The notes below the pieces were generated by a model, which was not told the origin of the DNA, did no database searches, and saw only the letters and a program-made list of their open reading frames with translations. From a virus (taxonomy: Duplodnaviria > Caudoviricetes), in the IMG/VR virus record IMGVR_UViG_3300031760_000054, positions 979-64,978 of that record: a stretch of DNA of 64,000 bases; one strand, written 5' to 3'. Each line of letters opens with the position of its first letter. Positions within the stretch are counted from its first letter, which is position 1. Shown here one piece after another: positions 1-8,927 of the stretch. The position numbers and the translations under genes are program-made.

Positions 1-317
1 CAGGTGACCACTGTTGGTGGGTTGTCCGCGTTGAACTGTGTGCGCATCGTGCTGTAATCGAATACGATGCCGGCTGCCTGCGCCATCTTGTTAAGGAGCG
101 GCTTGGACAGTGAATACTGGTCTACGTAACTGTCGCCTACCTTTGTCGATCCTACCTTGAACACGTCTCCGGATTCCTCTGAAAGGTCTGCCTGCACCTG
201 CGCGATGCTGTAGCTCAGGAACGGGCTGACCTGTTCGACACTGGACTGCGGGATAAGGATGTTGCAGTCCGGGTACCTTGCCTTGATCTCGGCAAGAAAG
301 TTCTTTGTTTCGTTCAT
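1..317 (-). CDS. Phage early protein, truncated by the window edge
   Basis: Hand-translated open frame MNETKNFLAEIKARYPDCNILIP...SLSKPLLNKMAQAAGI after an AAGAGG RBS; runs off position 1. Confidence 0.6.
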   Translation of the reverse strand, partial: MNETKNFLAEIKARYPDCNILIPQSSVEQVSPFLSYSIAQVQADLSEESGDVFKVGSTKVGDSYVDQYSLSKPLLNKMAQAAGIVFDYSTMRTQFNADNPPTVVT

Positions 318-448
318 AAAAACCTCTTTTCATTTTCGTCTGCATCTGTTAAGATACAGTTGTAGGCCCACTTAGCGCTGTCATGGTGACATCATCTGTT
401 CCCTGGGGATCGGAAAGGCCGTCAAACTTTCCAATCCTGTCAACAGGC

Positions 449-730
449 TCAGATGGTGTCTTCTTTTGTTTCAGCGGGATCCCCGAAAGGGTTCCCCAGT
501 TCCCTGATACCGTTGAACACGAAGGCACCGAAGAGCGCTGCCGCTATGACCTCTCCCCCCACAGCATCGTAACCTCTCTCGCTGTAGGCCAGGATGGAAA
601 GCACGGAGTACATCGCCATGGTCGACAGGAAGACGACCGTCATCTTTGCGATCTCTACTCCCGCCCACAGGATGCAGCGTTCTATCTTCCGCTTCCTCTG
701 TTCCAAGTATCTTGCTCTTACCTTGCTCAT
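449..730 (-). CDS. Small membrane protein
   Basis: C-terminal part of ORF 449..1009; ATG at 730 after GGAGG; two hydrophobic stretches. Confidence 0.6.
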   Translation of the reverse strand: MSKVRARYLEQRKRKIERCILWAGVEIAKMTVVFLSTMAMYSVLSILAYSERGYDAVGGEVIAAALFGAFVFNGIRELGNPFGDPAETKEDTI

Positions 731-740
731 GACACCTCCC

Positions 741-899
741 TCAGATTGCCAGACGCATCTGGCCGGTGCTCTCGGTGATGAATATCCTCGCCATCTCTGC
801 GGCCTTCCGTGCAAGTTCCTGCTCTCTTTCCTGGCATTCCTCGCACTTCTCACCCGGGTCAAGGTGTGCTCCGCATCCCGGACATTCCACGAAATACAT
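741..899 (-). CDS. 52-aa Cys-rich (zinc-ribbon-like) phage protein
   Basis: Hand-translated MYFVECPGCGAHLDPGEKCEECQ..., AGGAGG RBS, below the ORF-track cutoff. Confidence 0.65.
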   Translation of the reverse strand: MYFVECPGCGAHLDPGEKCEECQEREQELARKAAEMARIFITESTGQMRLAI

Positions 900-914
900 C
901 TTCTCGCCTCCTTC

Positions 915-1124
915 TTATTCGATGAGGCACCTTTCGTCAAAGTATTTCTTAGGTATCCGCCCGGATGGATAGCAGTTAGATATCCTCCCGAGTGCCAGCA
1001 GTTCCGCACGCATATCCCGGATCATGGAGTAAGCCTTGCTCCTGCTGACATCAAGCATATCCATGATATCTTCCGCTTTGTAGTAGGAACGGACTTCCCT
1101 GTCCTTGTATACCGCGCAACCCAT
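915..1124 (-). CDS. Excisionase-like / HTH DNA-binding protein
   Basis: YYKAEDIMDMLDVSRSKAYSMIR winged-HTH-like motif; GGAGG RBS before ATG 1124; lies in the early operon. Confidence 0.6.
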   Translation of the reverse strand: MGCAVYKDREVRSYYKAEDIMDMLDVSRSKAYSMIRDMRAELLALGRISNCYPSGRIPKKYFDERCLIE

Positions 1125-1135
1125 TTGTGTGCCTC

Positions 1136-1621
1136 CTATTCTGTTGCTATATTCTTCTCGACCCACATCCGCAGGTCGGCTGCAACCTTTGCAACCTCGT
1201 CAAGTGCGTCAAGCACTTTGTTCAGCTCCGGGACTTCCGATTCCTCGATGATACCGTCTTCCGTGATATCGAGCAGGATATCCTTCGCCTCTTTCAGTTT
1301 CCCGATCTTGCTCATGGCCCTGACCGTGATACGGTCAATGCTGTTCGCGTCCGGCTGCGGAACGTTCTTCCCTAGCGGGCAGATGCTCCTGCAGTAATGC
1401 GCCCTGAGTTCCGGACAGTGGTATTCCGCCGACATCAGCAGCACTTCTTCCGGGTACGGGTTTATGACCCCGAGCTCGATCCGTGACAGCCTCGACCGGT
1501 CCATTCCAAGGGCTTCGGCCGCGCTGGTCTTGTTCGAGAACCTCTCGTTCCTTTTTGCGGCTTCCTCACGTGCTGAAATGAACACATTCTGGCCGCCTTT
1601 CGTGTGCGATTCACGCACCAT
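1136..1621 (-). CDS. XRE-HTH transcriptional regulator (CII-like position)
   Basis: AAEALGMDRSRLSRIELG HTH; directly downstream of cro. Confidence 0.75.
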   Translation of the reverse strand: MVRESHTKGGQNVFISAREEAAKRNERFSNKTSAAEALGMDRSRLSRIELGVINPYPEEVLLMSAEYHCPELRAHYCRSICPLGKNVPQPDANSIDRITVRAMSKIGKLKEAKDILLDITEDGIIEESEVPELNKVLDALDEVAKVAADLRMWVEKNIATE

Positions 1622-1648
1622 CTTTTATCCTCCTCTGGTATAATTTAC

Positions 1649-1861
1649 TTATGGAACCAAATAGGGAGTATCCACTCCCAGGATTTCGGAGATCTTTCCC
1701 GCTGCTTCGGGAGCGATCCTCCGGCCACAGATGATTTCGGAGACATAGACCCTCGAAAGCCCGGCAGCGTCTGCAAGGTCATTCACCTTCATGTCTTTCT
1801 CGATCATCTGTATCTTGACGTCCTTGCACCAGCGAGGGAGCGGACGACTGTTTTCCTGCAC
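1649..1861 (-). CDS. Cro-like repressor
   Basis: 70 aa, DLADAAGLSRVYVSEIICG HTH, divergent from the cI-like gene. Confidence 0.8.
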   Translation of the reverse strand: MQENSRPLPRWCKDVKIQMIEKDMKVNDLADAAGLSRVYVSEIICGRRIAPEAAGKISEILGVDTPYLVP

Positions 1862-1891
1862 CTCATCACCTCCAATCGTGGCTGTTTACAT

Positions 1892-1920
1892 TTGTAAAAT
1901 GGTAACAGCGGTTGTATAAT
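1892..1920 (+). promoter_or_regulatory. Rightward sigma70-type promoter
   Basis: TTGTAA(1892)-17 bp-TATAAT(1915). Confidence 0.55.
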
Positions 1921-2023
1921 ACAAGAGTGCCATAGCCTTTCAGACGCCAATCGGATAAGGCCCGGGCGGTTGCAGCCGCCTTATTTTTGCACTCTGTATC
2001 TTACATTTTTAAAGTACATTTAT

Positions 2024-2075
2024 AATATAATCCCCATTTACGAATTTGTCAACACATAAAATTCCCATTTGCGAA
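2024..2075 (-). promoter_or_regulatory. Lytic (cro) promoter with overlapping operator repeats
   Basis: Minus-strand TTGACA(2052-2047)-17 bp-TATATT(2029-2024); CCCATTT(A/G)CGAATT repeats at ~2033 and ~2063. Confidence 0.7.
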
Positions 2076-2103
2076 TTTTTATTTGGGGATTCGGTGACAG
2101 CCT

Positions 2104-2484
2104 ATGAATACGGGTAATGATTCGAGCAGATCAACAATTACGGCCCGCCTATTCGCCATATTGAAGGAAAGCGGGAAGACAGCCAAGGCGCTATCGCGCG
2201 CCACAGGGATACCGGAAAGTACCATAAGCAACTGGCGGACGAAGAACCGGGGTATTTCTCCGGACTACATCATCCCCATTTGCGAATTTTTGGGGATCTC
2301 CTGCGAATACCTGCTGACGGGGAACGAGGAAGCGCGGCATCCTTTTGCAACCGATCAACGCGATCAGGAGCTGCTGAAGCTGTTCCACAATCTCACCGGT
2401 GAAGGAAAGCTGCGCCTCATTGGCCGGGCCGAAGAAATGCAGCACACCTACGGTCTGCACAACGAGAAGAAACAGGCAAAATAA
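2104..2484 (+). CDS. CI-like XRE repressor
   Basis: ALSRATGIPESTISNW HTH, ISCEYLLTG; divergent from cro. Confidence 0.85.
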   Translation: MNTGNDSSRSTITARLFAILKESGKTAKALSRATGIPESTISNWRTKNRGISPDYIIPICEFLGISCEYLLTGNEEARHPFATDQRDQELLKLFHNLTGEGKLRLIGRAEEMQHTYGLHNEKKQAK

Positions 2485-2539
2485 TGCCCTTCGAGTGGTA
2501 CCGAAGGGATCAGGTTTAGTTTTATTTAAGGAGGGATAT

Positions 2540-3343
2540 ATGAAAAGAAACCTGGTCGCGCTCCTGATCGGAGCAACACTCGCACTGTCCGCCTGCGGCG
2601 GCGGTGCCAAAGAATCGACAAAACCGGCTGCGGAGCCAGCAGTGGAATCCACAACTGAATCAACAACTGAGTCAGAATCAGTTGTATTAGAAGCGGAATC
2701 AGTTGAGGAAACAGTTGAAGGAGAAACAGCCGAAGCCGCGGATCCGGATGCGCTGGCGGACGACAACCCGCTCAAAGGCATCGCGGAGCCGGCAGAGATG
2801 CGCATCGTTTACAATGAGATCAACGACCTGATGAACGACGCTTACCTGAACGGAGACCTTGCCACCGAGACGGATGGAGATAAGGTCAGGGCTGCCGAGG
2901 ACGCCCTGATCAGCCAGGTGGCGGATGCGCACGGGCTCACATATGAGAACGTCCGGGACATCTACCTGTATGGCGGGACGGGCAGTCTCTACAATTACGA
3001 CAAGGATGCCATTGAGATCAAGCATGGCAAATTTGTCGAAGCGTACATCAACGGGACGATGCTGGTGGTCAAGGCAAAGATAGAGCCGAGCCTGACGAAC
3101 AACCTCACGATCGAGCAGAACTACTTCAACGTTGCGGACATCATCAAGAACCAACACGGTGATATCTTCACGGAGATCCAGTATTGGGCGGTCGCTGACA
3201 TGCAGAGCGGCGATGAGGGGAAGGTCATCTCCTTCGACGTGCCGAAGGCTACCATCGATGCGGTCAAGGCCGAGAACATCGCGGACAACCAGATCGGCGA
3301 GTATTCCGACAACCTGTGGATACTGCCGTCTCTTTTGGGATAA
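2540..3343 (+). CDS. Lipoprotein, candidate superinfection-exclusion protein
   Basis: MKRNLVALLIGATLALSAC signal with lipobox LSAC, acidic low-complexity linker; between repressor and integrase. Confidence 0.75.
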   Translation: MKRNLVALLIGATLALSACGGGAKESTKPAAEPAVESTTESTTESESVVLEAESVEETVEGETAEAADPDALADDNPLKGIAEPAEMRIVYNEINDLMNDAYLNGDLATETDGDKVRAAEDALISQVADAHGLTYENVRDIYLYGGTGSLYNYDKDAIEIKHGKFVEAYINGTMLVVKAKIEPSLTNNLTIEQNYFNVADIIKNQHGDIFTEIQYWAVADMQSGDEGKVISFDVPKATIDAVKAENIADNQIGEYSDNLWILPSLLG

Positions 3344-3358
3344 TGAAATGAGGTAAAC

Positions 3359-3667
3359 ATGACCAACGTGCAAAAGGACCTTATCCGGACGTATTTGTCG
3401 GCAGCCCTGCGTCAGGCAGCCGATCAGGAACTTGAAGGGATATCTGACGAAAAGCTGGATGCCCTTATGAAACTATTCAATGTGCAAATCCATGACAACG
3501 GGACCGGGATATCCTTTGACGGGCTTGTGCCGGTTCGCGGCGGCTCTTCACTTGATCCAGATATATTAGGACTAATGTCAACACTCGGACGGCTCCCGTC
3601 GGTTTACAGGGCGGAGCTGTACGGCGAGGCCAGGGGATTCCTCAGGTGCATGGAAATGGTCAGCTGA
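3359..3667 (+). CDS. Hypothetical protein
   Basis: GAGG RBS; in the lysogeny operon. Confidence 0.6.
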   Translation: MTNVQKDLIRTYLSAALRQAADQELEGISDEKLDALMKLFNVQIHDNGTGISFDGLVPVRGGSSLDPDILGLMSTLGRLPSVYRAELYGEARGFLRCMEMVS

Positions 3668-3685
3668 GGGACAGAGAGGTAAAGC

Positions 3686-4036
3686 ATGAACGAGATGGGA
3701 AAACGGCTGCGGAACCTCCGCACCGACAGGCAGCTCAGCCAGAAGGAACTCGCGTCGCGTGTGGGGCTTTCAGGGCAGGTCATTTCGAACCTTGAGCGGG
3801 GATATACGGAACTCACGATCGAGCAGGCATCGAAGCTCGCCCAATTCTTCCGGGTGTCCACAGACTACCTGCTGGATTCCCCGTCACAGGCAGCCGTCGA
3901 CCTGCACACTCTGAGCGATGATGAACTGAAGCTCGTAAAGGCCTACAGAGAACTTTCGGAGGATTACAGGGACGTTGTTATGGGAGAGCTGAAAAAAGCC
4001 CTCCTGGCGCAAAGGAGGGAAGCGAAAGAGCAATAG
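3686..4036 (+). CDS. XRE-HTH regulator
   Basis: LSQKELASRVGLSGQVISNLERG; VSTDYLL. Confidence 0.85.
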   Translation: MNEMGKRLRNLRTDRQLSQKELASRVGLSGQVISNLERGYTELTIEQASKLAQFFRVSTDYLLDSPSQAAVDLHTLSDDELKLVKAYRELSEDYRDVVMGELKKALLAQRREAKEQ

Positions 4037-4037
4037 A

Positions 4038-5159
4038 ATGACAGAGGTAGTTATGCCCGCTTACAAGTACCAGAACACTGCAGGCAAGACGCTTTGGTAT
4101 GCCAGCTTCTACTATACCAACTGGAAGGGGGAAAAGAAACGGACAACAAAGAGAGGGTTCGCAACGAGAAGGGAAGCCCTCGAATTCGAGAGGGACTTCA
4201 TCAATGGGCAGGGCAAGAAGCCGACGATAGAGTTCAAGTACATGATACAGGACTATGAGGCCGACTGCGCTCTCAGGCTGAAGCCGACGACGATGCGGTT
4301 CAAGAAGGCGCTGATCAATTCGAAGTTCGTGCCGTATTTCGGAGAGATGAGGATCTGCGATATCGATCCGAACACGATCCGCGCATGGCAGAACGAGATG
4401 ATCCAGTACAGGGACGCCAACGGCAAGCCTTTCAAGGACACGTACCTTGCGAGCATGCACAGGGAGCTGTCGAACGTCATGACCTTCTGCATGAAGTATT
4501 ACGGCCTCACCATGAACCCCTGCCGGCTCGTCGGGCCGATGGGGAAGTATGAAGCCGAAGAGATGAAGATATGGACAAAGGACCAGTTCGAGATATACCT
4601 CGCCCATGAGGACAAGAGGCCGTATCACGTGGCGTTCAATGTCCTGTTCTATTCCGGTCTTAGGGAAGGGGAGCTCCTGGCTCTCACGCCGAGGGACCTC
4701 ATAGACAAGACCTACGCGCTTGACATCTACAAGAACTTCGCGAACGTCGAGGGGAAGGACATCATCCTCACACCGAAGACGGAATCCGGCAGGCGCATCG
4801 TAACGCTCCCGAAATCCGTTTATGAGGAGCTTAAGCAGTATGTAAAGGATATTGACTGCGCTCCTGACCAGAGGATATTCTATTTCAAGAGGGCAGGGCT
4901 GTGGAACGAGTTCCGGAACTGCACGGCGAGGGCCCAGCTCCCGCCGATCCGAATCCACGACATCCGCCACTCGCATGTGTCCATGCTCATCGACATGGGG
5001 TTCAACGTGAAACAGATTGCCGACAGGGTCGGTCACAAGAACGCGACGACCACGATGAAGACATATTCACACCTGTACGCAGGACGTGACATCGAGCTCG
5101 CGAAGCGCCTTGACGAGCAGATCAACAGCATCAACGAGGACGTGCCCGGAGAACCCTGA
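4038..5159 (+). CDS. int: Phage tyrosine integrase
   Basis: N-terminal arm-binding domain (KRGFATRREA); catalytic R (SGLREGE), K (TPKT), HDIRH, VGH, Y (TYSH). Confidence 0.95.
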   Translation: MTEVVMPAYKYQNTAGKTLWYASFYYTNWKGEKKRTTKRGFATRREALEFERDFINGQGKKPTIEFKYMIQDYEADCALRLKPTTMRFKKALINSKFVPYFGEMRICDIDPNTIRAWQNEMIQYRDANGKPFKDTYLASMHRELSNVMTFCMKYYGLTMNPCRLVGPMGKYEAEEMKIWTKDQFEIYLAHEDKRPYHVAFNVLFYSGLREGELLALTPRDLIDKTYALDIYKNFANVEGKDIILTPKTESGRRIVTLPKSVYEELKQYVKDIDCAPDQRIFYFKRAGLWNEFRNCTARAQLPPIRIHDIRHSHVSMLIDMGFNVKQIADRVGHKNATTTMKTYSHLYAGRDIELAKRLDEQINSINEDVPGEP

Positions 5160-5168
5160 AACGCAGTT

Positions 5169-5471
5169 TTTGGCTGCAATAGTATCAAAAAAAGGGCTTT
5201 TTGAGGCAGGAATTATCATTCTTGGTATCAAAATAGTATCAAAGACAAATATAAAAACCCGGGAAGCCGCATAAATACGGCATTCCCGGGTTTTTGGTGA
5301 TTATTCGGTCCTGATTATCCGGTCCATTTTCTGTGTTTTTTGGGTGGTTTTCTGTCCAGATTTTCCTTTATTTTCCAAGGTTTTCAACCCTCCTGTTTTG
5401 AGTCCTGGAGAATGTCAGTATCATTCTGGTATCAAACCGCGATTTTCGACGGTATCGCAACAGTATCAAAA
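5169..5471. other. attP with integrase arm-type repeats
   Basis: NRGTATC-containing 11-mers in the same orientation at 5180, 5223, 5234, 5416, 5427, 5450, 5461, bracketing a central spacer directly after int. Confidence 0.75.
5253..5295. terminator. Bidirectional intrinsic terminator
   Basis: AAAAACCCGGGAA...TTCCCGGGTTTTT hairpin. Confidence 0.75.
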
Positions 5472-5553
5472 ATACTGTGCCCGGATGCTACTGCGGGACA
5501 CATTGTAACCCACCACCAGACATGATTGCAAGGGCAACTTAAAGTTCCTTCCA

Positions 5554-6246
5554 TTACAAGAAGGCTTCCTGCGGCATCCTCTGGATGATCGCGTCCATCT
5601 GGCGCTCGACCTTGTAATCCATGTGCCCCCATTCGTTCCAGAGCTGCGCGTGCAGTTCGTTCAGCAACTTGACAGAATCCAGATACTCCTTGTTCTGGGC
5701 GCGGAGGATATCCATCGCTGCCTTCAGGTCCTGATACCGGCTCTGGATCCCGAGGAACGCGAACGTGATCGAGACGGTCTGGGCCATCTGTTCAAGCAGT
5801 TCTTTTTTCGTAAGACGCTCGAGCCTCTTCGTGCTTTCCTTCTCCGCCCATCCGCCAAGGAACGGATCGATACCATAGTAATCGCATTCATAGGTATCAT
5901 ATCCCATCAGTGTCTCGCCTCTCTGATTTCCGATCCCGCTGACGACCAGAATGTCGTCGAACCGTTCCGGCTCCCAGATGCCGTACATGTCATCATTCAT
6001 CCTGTCGGCATCAGCTGACAGCACCGCGAAATCCGCTTTGAACCTTTCGGCATCCTCATAGTCACCGTCGAGGGCATCGACGAGCGTCTGGTCATCGCTG
6101 TCCATCCAGTAGACGACTTCATCACAGGCCTCCGTGATCTCGCCAAGCTTCTCTCGGATTTCCCATAGCGTCAGTCCGGAGACGGCAGCCTTCTTATACC
6201 GAAGGTTCTTCGCTTTGTTTCTCCGGACCTCTTCTTCCTTAGTCAT
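5554..6246 (-). CDS. Conserved hypothetical phage protein
   Basis: 230-aa ORF with GGAG RBS at the end of the leftward accessory operon. Confidence 0.75.
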   Translation of the reverse strand: MTKEEEVRRNKAKNLRYKKAAVSGLTLWEIREKLGEITEACDEVVYWMDSDDQTLVDALDGDYEDAERFKADFAVLSADADRMNDDMYGIWEPERFDDILVVSGIGNQRGETLMGYDTYECDYYGIDPFLGGWAEKESTKRLERLTKKELLEQMAQTVSITFAFLGIQSRYQDLKAAMDILRAQNKEYLDSVKLLNELHAQLWNEWGHMDYKVERQMDAIIQRMPQEAFL

Positions 6247-6606
6247 TTATTCTCCTTCCTCAAAACAGCCGTTCTTCGACCAGTCCCAGTCAATTGAGCC
6301 GTTCGGGTAGATGCCGACGCCGTGAGCATCGAACGTCCACCCGGAAATCACGTTCCTCATTCGCGCGTCTCCGGTCAAAGGACTGACTGAGATGCACTTG
6401 TAAGACCCGCCGCCTTCATTACAGTAGGTGTGGCCGGGGACAGGAACGAAGCTCTTCCTCACCATCCTGGCGATCTTCCACACGGCCAGGGCTTCGCGCG
6501 TCCCGCATTCCGGACAGATCTCAGTCTCATTATCAGCCCGGGAGATTGCCGGCCGGGCTGTATATGTATTCCCGCATATCGGGCAAATCCTTCCAATGTC
6601 TGTCAT
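6247..6606 (-). CDS. Zinc-finger protein (CPICG...CPECG)
   Basis: N-terminus resembles 57193..57408; preceded by the 22-bp motif and RBS. Confidence 0.75.
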   Translation of the reverse strand: MTDIGRICPICGNTYTARPAISRADNETEICPECGTREALAVWKIARMVRKSFVPVPGHTYCNEGGGSYKCISVSPLTGDARMRNVISGWTFDAHGVGIYPNGSIDWDWSKNGCFEEGE

Positions 6607-6620
6607 ATGTCTCCTTTCTA

Positions 6621-6642
6621 CCCTCGTGACCTCCGGGGCGGG
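6621..6642 (-). repeat. 22-bp leader motif, copy 1 (CCCGCCCCGGAGGTCACGAGGG)
   Basis: Near-identical copies at 6953, 7250 and, inverted, at 11303. Confidence 0.9.
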
Positions 6643-6648
6643 TTTTTG

Positions 6649-6936
6649 TCATTTTTTCAGTTCTGCAGTCTGATTGTAATATCCCAAATCACCAGTAAAA
6701 TTAAAGCGCTTCATTTCCTGCTTTATCACCTCTGGATCGGTTACAAAAAAAGGACAGCCAGTAAGTTCAATTCGATAGTGTTCACTCGTTGTAGTTATTC
6801 CCTTTTTGTGGCACCCGACGTGTGCAAAATAGATAGTATGCCCCACTATGCAGATGCTTTCCGGGTCAATGTTTCGATAAAGTTTTGCGCGTTCCTGTCT
6901 GCTATCTTTATCAACCCATGTTCTTAATACGTCCAT
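6649..6936 (-). CDS. Hypothetical protein
   Basis: 95 aa, GGAGG RBS, flanked by motif copies. Confidence 0.7.
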   Translation of the reverse strand: MDVLRTWVDKDSRQERAKLYRNIDPESICIVGHTIYFAHVGCHKKGITTTSEHYRIELTGCPFFVTDPEVIKQEMKRFNFTGDLGYYNQTAELKK

Positions 6937-6952
6937 GTAAAATCCTCCTATG

Positions 6953-6974
6953 CCCTCGTAACCTCCGGGGCGGG
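6953..6974 (-). repeat. 22-bp leader motif, copy 2
   Basis: CCCGCCCCGGAGGTTACGAGGG on the minus strand. Confidence 0.9.
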
Positions 6975-6983
6975 TGGTTGATT

Positions 6984-7220
6984 TTATTTGTGAAGTTCGT
7001 TGTAAAGCTGTTCTCCAACAGATTTTTTGATCGATTCAAAATATCTCTCGTCGGTAAACATATGGAACAGTCCGACATAGCATTTAAGGCCGTGAATTTC
7101 ATCTGCCGTCAAAACAGGCTCGAGGGCTTCCCACATCTTTTTCTGCATAGCCGGAGTCTGTCTAAGAATCTCTTTTGCAAAGTCCTCCATACGTTTTGCG
7201 GCTTCGCAATCCATTTTCAT
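6984..7220 (-). CDS. Hypothetical protein
   Basis: 78 aa, GGAGG RBS, flanked by motif copies. Confidence 0.7.
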   Translation of the reverse strand: MKMDCEAAKRMEDFAKEILRQTPAMQKKMWEALEPVLTADEIHGLKCYVGLFHMFTDERYFESIKKSVGEQLYNELHK

Positions 7221-7249
7221 TTCCTCCTGTTGTTTTTGTTATCTTGATG

Positions 7250-7271
7250 CCCTCGTGACCTCCGGGGCGGG
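7250..7271 (-). repeat. 22-bp leader motif, copy 3
   Basis: CCCGCCCCGGAGGTCACGAGGG on the minus strand. Confidence 0.9.
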
Positions 7272-7277
7272 ATGTGG

Positions 7278-7490
7278 TCATTCCCAGTTGACCTTGTCAG
7301 TGATGACCTCGCCAGAGTCAAGATCTTCGATCCGGTACTCGTACGGCTGATCACCATATCGTTCAGCTGCTTTTTTGATTGCTTCCTCTGTGGTCTTATA
7401 TCTGCCGCCATAGTCGGCGTACGACCACTTGACACGCCGGTTCGTCCTGCAGTACAGGCACTTCGTTCGGTCTGTTTCGATGCGGATCAT
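7278..7490 (-). CDS. Hypothetical protein
   Basis: 70 aa, GAAAGGAGG RBS. Confidence 0.65.
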   Translation of the reverse strand: MIRIETDRTKCLYCRTNRRVKWSYADYGGRYKTTEEAIKKAAERYGDQPYEYRIEDLDSGEVITDKVNWE

Positions 7491-7502
7491 GATGCCCTCC
7501 TT

Positions 7503-7733
7503 TCAGCACTCGTTCTCTCTCAGATGCGCGTCGATGAAATCATCTTCCGTCATGTCCTCATACCGGATCCCGCGCTCTTCGCAGTAATCCTCATAGCGCA
7601 GCTTGTTGTACAGCCTCTGCATCTCCTTGATCGTCACCGATCCGAGATAGCTGTTCAGCTCACCGTACGGCTTCCGGAGCAGCTCACCGAACACCGCACG
7701 CACGGTCCTCTTCTCTTCCAATGTCAGTGTCAT
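7503..7733 (-). CDS. Hypothetical protein
   Basis: ATG 7733 after GGAGG; MTLTLEEKRTVRAVFGELL. Confidence 0.65.
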   Translation of the reverse strand: MTLTLEEKRTVRAVFGELLRKPYGELNSYLGSVTIKEMQRLYNKLRYEDYCEERGIRYEDMTEDDFIDAHLRENEC

Positions 7734-7747
7734 GTCCTTGTCCTCCT

Positions 7748-7936
7748 TTATACTACCCGGATTTCTCCGTGTCTTTTGCTTGTGCCCCTGACTGTGTACT
7801 TTGCCTTTGCCAGCCTGACGGCTTCCGTCCATGTTGCGTAGATTGTTTCCACGTTCTCAACATCAACTCTCCAATCGATTTCCGTGTTCCTGTACCTGAC
7901 CACCGTGTAGTAGTCCTTTCTCTCCGGTCTTGCCAT
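7748..7936 (-). CDS. Hypothetical protein
   Basis: 62 aa, GGAG RBS, fits the operon tiling. Confidence 0.6.
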   Translation of the reverse strand: MARPERKDYYTVVRYRNTEIDWRVDVENVETIYATWTEAVRLAKAKYTVRGTSKRHGEIRVV

Positions 7937-7949
7937 GCCCTTTGTCTCC

Positions 7950-8360
7950 TTATTCGAACGGGATCTCCGTGCCCTCGTAGTTGTAGCCGTTTTCCTCGGC
8001 TGCCGCCATCAGTTCCTCGTCTGTCCGATCGTCTTCCGGCTCCCAGTAGCGTCCGCCCGGGACTCCGGAATTGGTTCCTTTATTAAGGAAGAATTCCGGG
8101 AGATGCTCCCATGCCGGCGGGCACTGTTCATCGTGCCACGCGTCGAACGCTTCTTTGTCCCTGGCTTCCAGCTCGTCCTGGAGCAGGTTCCCGATGTCCT
8201 CATCATCGTAATCATTGATCTTGATCAGGGCTTCGATGATCGCTTCCGTGCTCATCTCCTTAGCTGCTTCCCGGATCTTCCGTTCAGCTTCCTTATATAT
8301 ACGGTCGATCTCGTCATCCCTGTTGCCTATGATACTGTAAAGGTTATCAATGCCGATCAT
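7950..8360 (-). CDS. Acidic hypothetical protein
   Basis: ATG 8360 after GAAAGGAG; first gene of the leftward accessory operon. Confidence 0.65.
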   Translation of the reverse strand: MIGIDNLYSIIGNRDDEIDRIYKEAERKIREAAKEMSTEAIIEALIKINDYDDEDIGNLLQDELEARDKEAFDAWHDEQCPPAWEHLPEFFLNKGTNSGVPGGRYWEPEDDRTDEELMAAAEENGYNYEGTEIPFE

Positions 8361-8485
8361 TGTGGTCTCCTTTCTATTCTGACTGCCTGTTTCCTCTGTT
8401 CTCAGAGTATCACTCCCACTCCCCTTGTGCAACTATTTTTATAGTATTTTTTACTACATTTATGGTATTTTTTATCAATCCACCA

Positions 8486-8513
8486 TTGACATCGCCCATG
8501 GGAGTGATACACT
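8486..8513 (+). promoter_or_regulatory. Extended -10 sigma70 promoter
   Basis: TTGACA-16 bp-TG.TACACT with an AT-rich upstream tract. Confidence 0.65.
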
Positions 8514-8558
8514 AAGCACATAAACAAAGCAAACACACATTCGAAGGAGGTAACAAAA

Positions 8559-8927
8559 ATGAAGAAGATCAACGAACTGGAAGCCATGATGAACGGTACC
8601 AGCCAGTATCAGGACAGCAAAGAAGCGGGCATCAGCTACAGCACCTACAAGGCCTACAAGCACTCAAGAGAGTCTGAATGCAAGCGCCTGGATTTCGCAG
8701 ACATCTGCATGATGGACGAGATCGGACAGATCGTAGCCGACCTCAGGAGATTCGGGATCAAGGAGTTCTCCGTAAGCGACCAGTCCACCGCACTGATGAG
8801 GACACTCGCAGCGTTCGAACAAGCCGGATGCAAGGTCACGAAGATGACCACAGCCAAGTCAAACTACAGGGAATGGGGCTCCGACGAATACAAGGCAGTC
8901 CCGGCTATCAAGCTTCTCGTTAAGTGA
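8559..8927 (+). CDS. Conserved hypothetical phage protein
   Basis: GGAGG RBS; FGIKEFSVSDQSTALMRTLAAF. Confidence 0.75.
   Translation: MKKINELEAMMNGTSQYQDSKEAGISYSTYKAYKHSRESECKRLDFADICMMDEIGQIVADLRRFGIKEFSVSDQSTALMRTLAAFEQAGCKVTKMTTAKSNYREWGSDEYKAVPAIKLLVK

Noticed and set aside
3978-5036. 352-aa minus-strand ORF, and similar long antisense ORFs over the capsid, IbrA and TMP genes
   Set aside because: Shadow frames of GC3-rich genes on the opposite strand
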